A DNA stretch of 64,000 nucleotides from Clostridia bacterium (GTDB taxonomy: Bacteria > Bacillota > Clostridia > Christensenellales > CAG-138): positions 9,836 to 73,835 of the forward strand of contig JAFWJN010000050.1 of the NCBI GenBank assembly GCA_017514685.1, in the 5' to 3' direction. The notes below the pieces were generated by a model that worked only from the letters and a program-made list of their open reading frames with translations, did no database searches and had not been told where the DNA came from. The position numbers were made by a program, and so were the translations under genes. Of the stretch, positions 29,216 to 37,141 are shown one piece after another; positions within the stretch are counted from its first letter, which is position 1, and each line of letters starts with the position of its first letter.

Positions 29216-30557
29216 CAAAAAAAGACCTCTTCTTTCTGCAATCGGTTCGTTTTTAAAAAGCTTTTTCACAGAAAATATATCAATCAAGATCATAGCATTA
29301 TTGTTTGCGATTCTTCTTTGGGGATATGTATTGACAATTGAAAATCCGGAGTATGTGAAAATCGTCCGGGATGTTGAGATCACTTATACCGGTGAAAACT
29401 CCCTGACAGCCAAAGGTCTGATGCTTGTCAACCGGGAGATTGGAACAACAGATGTTTCTGTTCTGTGCCAGATTGGAAAACACAGTGAACTGGATGCTTC
29501 CCGCCTGTCATGCGTGGTGGATCTTTCCAGCCGAGAGATCAGCCTGGCGGAAGATGAAGACAGCAAGGTGATTCCTTTGACTGTAGAGACAACAATCCAG
29601 AACGGTTACGGATCGATTCAGTCTGTGGAAACAAGCACTGTCAATGTGGAAGTTGCTAAAGTATCGTCGCGCAACAGTATCCCGGTAGGAATCGAAATGA
29701 AGGGGAGTATCCCGGAAGGATTTCAGGTTTCTGTCCCGGATAGAGTTTTGATTTCCGTTTCCGGAATGAAGTCACTTGTGGATGCAATCGCAAGGGGAAT
29801 GGTGACGATCGACCTTGAAGCCTTCCCGATCAACGATCCGGAGAATCTGGCAGGAACTTACAGCGGGGTTTATCCGGTAAGGTTCTACAACAGCGGAAAC
29901 GTTGAACTGGAAGATATCTATAATAACAGCGGTGATTCTTATACTTCTGAAGTGACAGTCACGATACGCGCCTATAAAGACGTCGAAGTTGAGCCGGATA
30001 TCCGGGTGGAGGATCTGTATACCTACACCTATACTCTCTCGCGTGAATATGTACGTGTGTTCGGCGAGTTGGAAGAACTTGAAAAGATCGATTCAATCGC
30101 TACGGAACCGGTTACAGGGCTTTCCAATATGGAAGCAGAGAAAATTACGGCGAACTTGATTGTCCCGGATGGAGTATCTTTGGCAAAACTGGATACCGGA
30201 ACGATTGTTGTAACTCTGACGGTAAATGATAAGATGGAGACTCGCCAGTATACGGTGCCGATTGCAATCCGGAATCTGCCAAGTGAGCTTCTTCTGACCG
30301 GAGAAGTACCGACGGAAGCAGAGATCCGCGTATATGGAAATCTTCGGAAACTGGAAGCTTTCTCTTCCGGATATGTAACACTGATTGTTGATCTGGATGG
30401 ATACGGTGCCGGAACGCATGCTGTTCCGATACAAATTGAACTGGACGAACGAACCGGTGACCTGGTGATCGAATTGACTGAAACGATGACGGAGATCAGC
30501 CTGCAGGAGAAAAATCCTCCGGCGGCGGAACCGGCAGGGGAGCCGGAAGGGGAATAA
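29208..30557 (+). CDS. cdaR: CdaR (YbbR-domain) regulator of CdaA
   Basis: N-terminal TM segment followed by repeated YbbR-like beta domains. Overlaps the cdaA stop, giving the conserved cdaA-cdaR pairing. Confidence 0.8.
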   Translation: MNNKKRPLLSAIGSFLKSFFTENISIKIIALLFAILLWGYVLTIENPEYVKIVRDVEITYTGENSLTAKGLMLVNREIGTTDVSVLCQIGKHSELDASRLSCVVDLSSREISLAEDEDSKVIPLTVETTIQNGYGSIQSVETSTVNVEVAKVSSRNSIPVGIEMKGSIPEGFQVSVPDRVLISVSGMKSLVDAIARGMVTIDLEAFPINDPENLAGTYSGVYPVRFYNSGNVELEDIYNNSGDSYTSEVTVTIRAYKDVEVEPDIRVEDLYTYTYTLSREYVRVFGELEELEKIDSIATEPVTGLSNMEAEKITANLIVPDGVSLAKLDTGTIVVTLTVNDKMETRQYTVPIAIRNLPSELLLTGEVPTEAEIRVYGNLRKLEAFSSGYVTLIVDLDGYGAGTHAVPIQIELDERTGDLVIELTETMTEISLQEKNPPAAEPAGEPEGE

Positions 30558-30576
30558 GTCTGAAAACATCTAAAAG

Positions 30577-30616
30577 GAGGCACTTTAAACGAAAGTGCCT
30601 CTTTCGCACTTTTTTC
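30577..30616 (+). terminator. rho-independent terminator after cdaR
   Basis: GAGGCACTTT-AAACG-AAAGTGCCTC followed by TTTCGCACTTTTTT. Confidence 0.75.
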
Positions 30617-30656
30617 CGGCTCGCTTAATCTGCGATACGACTCGCTTTCTGCGTTG

Positions 30657-30685
30657 TTGAGCCATGAAATGGAGTTATCTATAAT
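30657..30685 (+). promoter_or_regulatory. sigma-A type promoter of the HTH-TPR regulator gene
   Basis: -35 TTGAGC, 17-nt spacer, -10 TATAAT (30680-85). Confidence 0.55.
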
Positions 30686-30727
30686 GAGATTGCAAAAAAA
30701 GAGCAATACTCATTGGAGGTAAGAACG

Positions 30728-31783
30728 ATGGAACTTGGAAAGAAAATCAAACAACTTCGATTCAAAGCAGGGCTAACCCAGGAACAGCTGGCGGAAAAGC
30801 TTGGTGTTGTCCCTCAGTCGGTTTCAAAATGGGAAACTGCAGTGGCAATGCCGGATATTACAATGCTGCCGCTTCTCGCGGAAATCTTTGGGGTCAGTAT
30901 TGATGATCTGTTCGATCTGACGGCTGAACAGCGCTTCAACCGAATCGAAAATCGGATGGATGCCGAAGAGGAACTTCCGCAGGATGTATTTTGGGACTAT
31001 GAGGAATTTCTGAAAGGACAGCTGAATTCGGATCAGTACAAGAAGCGGGCAACGGAACTGATTGCATATCTCTATTGGCACCGGATGAACAGCTATGCAA
31101 AGAAAGCCGAACGGTACGCGAAGGATGCGATACGCCTTAATCCGGATGAAAAAGGATGCCAATGGATTCTTCAGAAGGCTGCAGGACATGTTGCCTGGGA
31201 CTGGAACATATCCAACCATTCCAAAGCAGTTGATTTTTACCGTGAGCTGATCAAAGAAAACCCGGACAGCAGATTGTCTTACTACTATCTGATGGATAAT
31301 CTGCTCGCTGATCACCGTACAAAGGAAGCGGAAGAAGCGCTCAGGCGTATCTGCGCATTGAAGGACACCCGACCGGTCATCAACCAGGTATATCGGGCAC
31401 ATATTGCGTTAGCGCGTTTTGATGAAAAAGAGGCCGACCGGATTATTGAGGAATTGGTTGCCGAGCATCGTGACGATTCTGCCTGTTTATTTGAAACCGC
31501 CCAGTATTATGCTGAAAAGTGTGATTATGAGAAAGCAATTGCATATTATGAGCAATCTTTCGAAAAAGAAGAAAGAAAACCGAGATTTACAGACGAACTG
31601 ATGGGAATTGCCGATATCTATGAGATTATGGGCGATTACGGGAAAGCGGCGGAAACATACGAGCGTATCTATGATCTGCTGAGAAATGAATGGGGATTGA
31701 CAGAAGACGATGATTCAGAACTGAAGCGCGTCAAAAATGAAAAAGCACGACTGCTTGAAAGGGCAAAAAAGGATAAAGAATAA
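30728..31783 (+). CDS. XRE-family HTH transcriptional regulator with TPR domain (RRNPP-like architecture)
   Basis: N-terminus KIKQLRFKAGLTQEQLAEKLGVVPQSVSKWE (HTH_3), followed by about 280 aa of TPR-like helical repeats. GGAGGT RBS before ATG 30728. Confidence 0.8.
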   Translation: MELGKKIKQLRFKAGLTQEQLAEKLGVVPQSVSKWETAVAMPDITMLPLLAEIFGVSIDDLFDLTAEQRFNRIENRMDAEEELPQDVFWDYEEFLKGQLNSDQYKKRATELIAYLYWHRMNSYAKKAERYAKDAIRLNPDEKGCQWILQKAAGHVAWDWNISNHSKAVDFYRELIKENPDSRLSYYYLMDNLLADHRTKEAEEALRRICALKDTRPVINQVYRAHIALARFDEKEADRIIEELVAEHRDDSACLFETAQYYAEKCDYEKAIAYYEQSFEKEERKPRFTDELMGIADIYEIMGDYGKAAETYERIYDLLRNEWGLTEDDDSELKRVKNEKARLLERAKKDKE

Positions 31784-31787
31784 CTCG

Positions 31788-33395
31788 ATGGAACAGACAC
31801 TCTTGATTCGGAATATCAGAAGAGAACCGGACGCCTCCGATGAGGCGTTCGTTTCGTCCTGCAAAAAAAGGTGGGGAATTCCTGCAGATGAGCCGCTCCG
31901 GTTCCGCATCGTAAGGCAGGCATTGGATGCAAGGAAAAAGCAGGACATCTGTTTTGTCGTTCATGCAGAAATTACTGCGGATAAGAGACTGATTCAGAAA
32001 CTGCTGAAAGACCGCAGGCTGAATGCAGAATTGACGGTTCAAAAGGAAGAAGAGCCTCTGAAACAGGGGACGGAACATCCGGATGGAAGAATTATTGTGG
32101 TTGGAATGGGGCCCGGAGGCTTGTTTGCCGCATGGATGCTTGCCCGTTATGGATACCGGCCGCTTGTCATTGAACGGGGAAAGCGAATTGAGGACCGTGT
32201 CAGGGATGTGGAAACTTATTGGAGTTGCGGCAGGCTTGATACGGAAAGCAATGTTGCGTTTGGAGAAGGAGGAGCGGGAACTTTTTCCGATGGGAAACTG
32301 ACAACGAGGATCAAGGACCCTTCCATCGACAGTATTCTACATCAATTTGTTGCATGCGGCGCACCGGAAGAGATCGTCTATCTTGCCAAGCCTCACATCG
32401 GAACAGACAAGCTGCGGCAGGTTGTCAAAGCAATGAGAGAGGAAATCATTGCGCTTGGCGGTGAGGTCTGGTTTTCCTCCAAATTGACCTCTTTTGAAAA
32501 AAAGGACGGAAGAATTAAAAGTGTTGGCATTCAAAAAGAGGGAAGAACGGAAAAGATTCCCTGCGGAGCGCTTTTGCTTGCAATCGGCCAGGGAGCCAGA
32601 GACACCTACCGGATGCTTTTTGATTCAGGAGTCGCAATGGCTCCGAAAGCTTTTGCGGTCGGAGTACGTGCGGAGCATCCGCAGAGTCTGATCAATAAAA
32701 GCCAATACGGAGAATTCTGGAAACATCCTCGCCTCGGCGCTGCGGAATACCGTCTGACGGGAAGAAGCGGGGAGCGCGGGGTATATACATTCTGCATGTG
32801 CCCGGGAGGGAAGGTCGTTGCCAGCGCGTCAGGCGAGAACCAGATTGTCGTCAATGGTATGAGCAATTATGCACGTGATGAAGAAAATGCAAATGCGGCA
32901 GTAGTTGTTCAGGTCGGACCGGAAGACTTTGGAACAGATCCGCTGGACGGGATGCGGTTTCAGGAAAAACTGGAAGCAACGGCATATGCGGCAGGAAAAG
33001 GAACTGCTCCGGCGTGCATGATCGGGGATTATTTGGAAAAGAAGCCGACACAAACATTCGGATCTGTCAAACCTTCTTACCGGCCGGGAGTGCAAGGTGC
33101 AGATTTATGGAAGTGCCTTCCGGAGTATGTCGCACAAGGTATCTGCGACGGAATCAGATCTTTCGGAACACAGCTGAAAGGATATGATATGAGAGAGGGC
33201 GTTTTGACAGCGGTGGAAAGCAGAACATCTTCTCCTGTCAGAATCCTGCGGGGAGAAGATCGTCAATCAATATCTGTCGCTGGAATTTACCCCATCGGCG
33301 AAGGAGCCGGATATGCCGGAGGAATCGTCAGCGCCGCCGTGGATGGGAAGCACGCTGCAGAGGAAGTAATCCGGCGGTTTGCACCGGAAAAATAA
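31788..33395 (+). CDS. FAD-dependent oxidoreductase (uncharacterised NAD(FAD)-dependent dehydrogenase family)
   Basis: Dinucleotide-binding motif VVGMGPGGLFAAWMLARYGYRPLVIERG and C-terminal GEGAGYAGGI. Confidence 0.75.
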   Translation: MEQTLLIRNIRREPDASDEAFVSSCKKRWGIPADEPLRFRIVRQALDARKKQDICFVVHAEITADKRLIQKLLKDRRLNAELTVQKEEEPLKQGTEHPDGRIIVVGMGPGGLFAAWMLARYGYRPLVIERGKRIEDRVRDVETYWSCGRLDTESNVAFGEGGAGTFSDGKLTTRIKDPSIDSILHQFVACGAPEEIVYLAKPHIGTDKLRQVVKAMREEIIALGGEVWFSSKLTSFEKKDGRIKSVGIQKEGRTEKIPCGALLLAIGQGARDTYRMLFDSGVAMAPKAFAVGVRAEHPQSLINKSQYGEFWKHPRLGAAEYRLTGRSGERGVYTFCMCPGGKVVASASGENQIVVNGMSNYARDEENANAAVVVQVGPEDFGTDPLDGMRFQEKLEATAYAAGKGTAPACMIGDYLEKKPTQTFGSVKPSYRPGVQGADLWKCLPEYVAQGICDGIRSFGTQLKGYDMREGVLTAVESRTSSPVRILRGEDRQSISVAGIYPIGEGAGYAGGIVSAAVDGKHAAEEVIRRFAPEK

Positions 33396-33512
33396 CAGAT
33401 CTGATTGCAACAAAGATGTAATTATTTTTTGAATAACGCTAGAAAGCACTTTTCCAACCGGGAAAAATGTGGTATTCATACAATGAGATTATATCAAAAA
33501 GGAGCGGGAACA

Positions 33513-35516
33513 ATGAAAAAAACAATCGCATTGCTGATAGCGGCTTTAATGCTGGTCATGCTGCCTGCGGTTCCGAGTGCCGAAGAGAACGGCACTACGG
33601 TGCGTGTTCTGCTCGAAACACAGGGAGAAGAAACTCTTACAATCACAGTCAAAGGGACCTACTCCGTGGGGGACACATCTTTCACGGATGGAACCGTCAC
33701 AGCATCGGTCAATAACGGAACGATCACATTGAAGCATTCCGAAAAGGGAATGCTGGTATCGACAACCGGTACAGCGCGGATTGTCAGGGCAGAGGCGGAT
33801 AAGGATGAAGCAAACCTGACTCTGTTCAACAAGGGAAGGAAAGCGACTCTGACTTATCTGGGGGACCTGGTGTTCTGTTATGAAGACAGCGTCATGAAGG
33901 TCATCAATTATGTCGGAATGCGGGAGTACTTATACGGCGTGGTCTCCGGCGAAGTGACAGACAGTTCAAACGAGCAGGTTCTGAAAACAGAAGCAATCTG
34001 TGCAAAAGGTTTTGCCCTGGCGGAAATTTCTGCGCGCAGTAAATTTTCTTTCGATGTATATGATTCAACAACGTCACAGTTATATTATGGGTATAAGGAT
34101 TCTGATAAGAACGTAATCAAGGCGGTGGATGAGGTCTGGCAGAATACTCTTCTGTACAACGGAAAACCTTTAAAGACCTATTACTGCACCGCTAACGGAG
34201 GGCAGGTCATTACCCCGAAGATCCACTGGGGCGGAAGCGATAATGACGGAGCATATTTTTACGGATATGATCCATTTGATCTTGAGGGTTCAAAAGCAAA
34301 TGCGGTTTTAACGGTGAACGGAGCATCTCCAGAATCGCTGCCTGATAAGGTTTACAGCTATTTTCTGACGCTTGCAGCAGAATCACTGGGTGAGGAAGTT
34401 GAGAGAATCGAGGCGATTGTTTCGCTGTATGGTGTTTATGACCCGGATAATCCAAACGGAACTAGCAGATATCCGAAAGATCTTGCTCCCCATGCAAAGA
34501 GTTATATCACCATGAATGTGAAAACGAAGGCAGGAGAATACAAACAGGCAAAGGCGTCATTTACTCTCAGCAATCTGAAAAGCAGTGCGGGTATCACGAC
34601 CTCCGGGACGGTGCTGTTTAGTGTCAGGACAAAAATACAGGAATGGGTAATTGCATTTGGTGAGAAAAAAGGCCATCAGGTCGGTCTTTCTCACCGGGGT
34701 GCAGGCGTCATGGCGAAAAAAGGGTATTCATATGTTGATATTCTGAAATTCTATTATCGCGGAGCAGATTTATACGACGCAGATGGAAAACTGATTCCTT
34801 CATCGGCAGATTTCCATTTTGAGTACACAGGAAGTGACCCTGCGGAAACTCCAACCCCGAGCATAGAACCAAGCGCGACTCCTGAACCAAGCGCAACTCC
34901 GGAAGCAAGTGATACACCGGCGCCCAGCGAAACTCCCGAGCCGAGTGAGTCGCCGGAACCAAGCGCAACTCCCGAACCGAGCGAAACTCCCGAGCCGAGT
35001 GAGTCACCGGAACCAAGCGAAACTCCAGAACCGAGCGAAACTCCCGAACCGAGCGATACACCGGCGCCCAGCGAAACTCCAGAGCCGAGCGAGACTCCGG
35101 AGTCAAGTGATACACCGGCGCCTAGCGAAACTCCCGAACCAAGTGCAACACCGGAGCCAAGTGATACACCAGAGCCGAGCGATACACCGGAGCCAAGTGA
35201 TACACCGGAACCGAGTGAATCGCCAAAGCCGAGCGAAACTCCCGAACCAAGTGAGTCTCCGGAGCCAAGTGAATCGCCGGAACCAAGCACTTCTCCGGAT
35301 CCAAGCGAACCTCCTGCATTGCTGCCAGGAGATGTAGACGGCGAAAACGGAATTACGAAAGCAGATGCACTCATGGTGATTCGCTATTGTGTCGGACTTG
35401 AAACTTTGACAGAAGAGCAGAAGACAAGAGCTGATATCAATAAAGATGGAAAAGTGGATCAGCTGGACGCGGCGGCGATTTTAAGAATGATTACGGTAAA
35501 ACCGCAATGGGTGTAA
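33513..35516 (+). CDS. SpoIID/LytB-domain protein with PEPSET linker and C-terminal type I dockerin
   Basis: Signal peptide MKKTIALLIAALMLVMLPAVPSA. SpoIID-like core (YLYGVVSGEV...LKTEAICAKGFAL...YYCTANGGQ...GHQVGLSHRGA). About 150-aa P/E/S/T repeat. C-terminal GDVDGENGITKADALMVIRY...ADINKDGKVDQLDAAAILRMI forms duplicated Ca-binding dockerin segments. Confidence 0.8.
   Translation: MKKTIALLIAALMLVMLPAVPSAEENGTTVRVLLETQGEETLTITVKGTYSVGDTSFTDGTVTASVNNGTITLKHSEKGMLVSTTGTARIVRAEADKDEANLTLFNKGRKATLTYLGDLVFCYEDSVMKVINYVGMREYLYGVVSGEVTDSSNEQVLKTEAICAKGFALAEISARSKFSFDVYDSTTSQLYYGYKDSDKNVIKAVDEVWQNTLLYNGKPLKTYYCTANGGQVITPKIHWGGSDNDGAYFYGYDPFDLEGSKANAVLTVNGASPESLPDKVYSYFLTLAAESLGEEVERIEAIVSLYGVYDPDNPNGTSRYPKDLAPHAKSYITMNVKTKAGEYKQAKASFTLSNLKSSAGITTSGTVLFSVRTKIQEWVIAFGEKKGHQVGLSHRGAGVMAKKGYSYVDILKFYYRGADLYDADGKLIPSSADFHFEYTGSDPAETPTPSIEPSATPEPSATPEASDTPAPSETPEPSESPEPSATPEPSETPEPSESPEPSETPEPSETPEPSDTPAPSETPEPSETPESSDTPAPSETPEPSATPEPSDTPEPSDTPEPSDTPEPSESPKPSETPEPSESPEPSESPEPSTSPDPSEPPALLPGDVDGENGITKADALMVIRYCVGLETLTEEQKTRADINKDGKVDQLDAAAILRMITVKPQWV
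34840..35315 (+). repeat. imperfect tandem 18-nt repeats (CCGGAACCGAGCGAAACT-like) encoding (PEPSET)n
   Basis: At least 20 consecutive PEPS(E/D/A)(T/S) units. Several frames on both strands are open across it, which is a low-complexity artefact in the ORF track. Confidence 0.9.
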
Positions 35517-35531
35517 ATCATACTGTTACAG

Positions 35532-35566
35532 AATAACGGACAGATCATTACGATCTGTCCGTTATT
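35532..35566. terminator. hairpin between convergent SpoIID-dockerin gene and xylB
   Basis: Perfect 15-bp stem AATAACGGACAGATC / GATCTGTCCGTTATT. The U-tracts are weak on both sides. Confidence 0.55.
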
Positions 35567-35598
35567 AAATTCCAATTCAGAGTATAATTCTGTTTGAA

Positions 35599-37074
35599 TC
35601 ATCGAAGAGCTGAGAAAGTTTCTTTCAGAGAGGGATACAGCAAGCGATATTTCTGATATTGTGCATCATATTTTGCGGCAATTTCAGGATCAGGCTCTAC
35701 AATCTTTGCTGTATGGACGAGCGCCTTCGCACATGATTCCACAGAGGGATACGCGCCGTCTCCGACCATGGAAAGCATCGCACCGCCAAAGCCGGGGCCT
35801 TCTTCCGATTCCGGGAGTTCAAGACGGATGTTCAGAACATTGGCAATGATTTTACGCCACAGGGGAGATCTCGCCCCACCGCCGCACAGACGGCTGCTTG
35901 TGATGGGAATATTCAGCGCCTTGGCGACCTCAAAGCAATCGCGGACAGCAAATGCCACACCTTCCAGGACAGCCTGAACAAGGTCTGCGCGGGTAGTATC
36001 CATGGAAAGGCCGATAAATGTGCCGCGGGCATTTGTATCATTGATCGGGCTGCGCTCGCCCATCAGATACGGGAGAAAATAAACCCGGTTGTTCCCAAGT
36101 TTGTCATCTGTAATCGGGACCTGTTCTTCAGCATACCTTTTTGTCCGCAGTATTTCATCGCAGAACCATTTGTTGCAGCTTGCAGCAGACAGAATACAAC
36201 CCATCAGGTGATAATGTCCATTGGCATGAGCGAAGGAGTGGAGAGCGTTGAAGGGGTCCACGCCGAATTTATCGGACGCAATGAAAATCGTACCGGAAGT
36301 GCCAAGACTGATATTGCAGGATCCATCCGTGACAGTACCCGTACCTATCGCGGCCGCTGCATTGTCACCGGCACCGGCTACAACTTTTACAGAAGGAGCA
36401 AGGCCAAGATCGTCTGCAACAGAAGGAAGCAGAGTGCCGACAACATCATAACTTTCAAAAAGTTTCGGCATCTGTGATTCAGAAATACCGCAAAGATCCA
36501 GCATTTCCTTTGACCAGCATTTGTGTTCCACATCCAACAGCAGCATACCGCTTGCGTCAGAATAATCGCAGGAATGAATACCGGTTAAGCGATAATTAAT
36601 ATAGTCTTTCGGAAGCATGATCTTTGAAATGCGGGCAAAATTTTCCGGTTCATTATTCTGCATCCAGAGAATCTTTGGAGCAGTGAATCCAGCAAAAGCG
36701 ATGTTTGCTGTACGCTCGGAAAGGACACTCTTACCGATTTCTTCATTGAGATAGGCAACTTCTTTTTCTGTCCGGCCATCATTCCAAAGAATCGCGGGAC
36801 GTATGACAGAATCATGTTCATCGAGTGAGACAAGACCGTGCATCTGTCCACCGCAGCCGATTGCACGGATTTCTTCTGCGGGGACAGATCGAATCAGTTC
36901 CCGTACACCGCTCTTAACGGCATTCCACCAGTCAAGAGGATTCTGCTCGCTCCAGCCAGGCCTGGGGAATGAAAGAGGATACTCTTTTGTGACACTGCAC
37001 GCAATCGATCCATTTTGATCGACAAGAAGCAGTTTGACTGCAGAGGTGCCAAGATCAATACCGATATAGTACAT
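35599..37074 (-). CDS. xylB: xylulokinase (FGGY carbohydrate kinase)
   Basis: N-terminus MYYIGIDLGTSAVKLLLVD...GWSEQNP..WW, with FGGY N- and C-terminal motifs (GGGARS). 491 aa. Confidence 0.85.
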   Translation of the reverse strand: MYYIGIDLGTSAVKLLLVDQNGSIACSVTKEYPLSFPRPGWSEQNPLDWWNAVKSGVRELIRSVPAEEIRAIGCGGQMHGLVSLDEHDSVIRPAILWNDGRTEKEVAYLNEEIGKSVLSERTANIAFAGFTAPKILWMQNNEPENFARISKIMLPKDYINYRLTGIHSCDYSDASGMLLLDVEHKCWSKEMLDLCGISESQMPKLFESYDVVGTLLPSVADDLGLAPSVKVVAGAGDNAAAAIGTGTVTDGSCNISLGTSGTIFIASDKFGVDPFNALHSFAHANGHYHLMGCILSAASCNKWFCDEILRTKRYAEEQVPITDDKLGNNRVYFLPYLMGERSPINDTNARGTFIGLSMDTTRADLVQAVLEGVAFAVRDCFEVAKALNIPITSSRLCGGGARSPLWRKIIANVLNIRLELPESEEGPGFGGAMLSMVGDGAYPSVESCAKALVHTAKIVEPDPEIAAKYDAQYQKYRLLYPSLKETFSALR

Positions 37075-37141
37075 ATGAAGCTCCTTTCACAACAGATGAT
37101 TCAGTTTGATTTTTGTATTATTAACAAGAAAAAGACTAAGA

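Noticed and set aside
34840-35315. Regular short repeats that could be mistaken for a CRISPR array.
   Set aside because: The units are 18 nt, contiguous with no spacers, in-frame and inside a coding region.
34708-35374. Multiple ORFs on both strands (135-206 aa) across the SpoIID-dockerin linker.
   Set aside because: They are an artefact of the (PEPSET)n tandem repeat, which lacks stop codons in several frames. The translations are pure low-complexity (GSGVSLGS..., RAKLPNR...).
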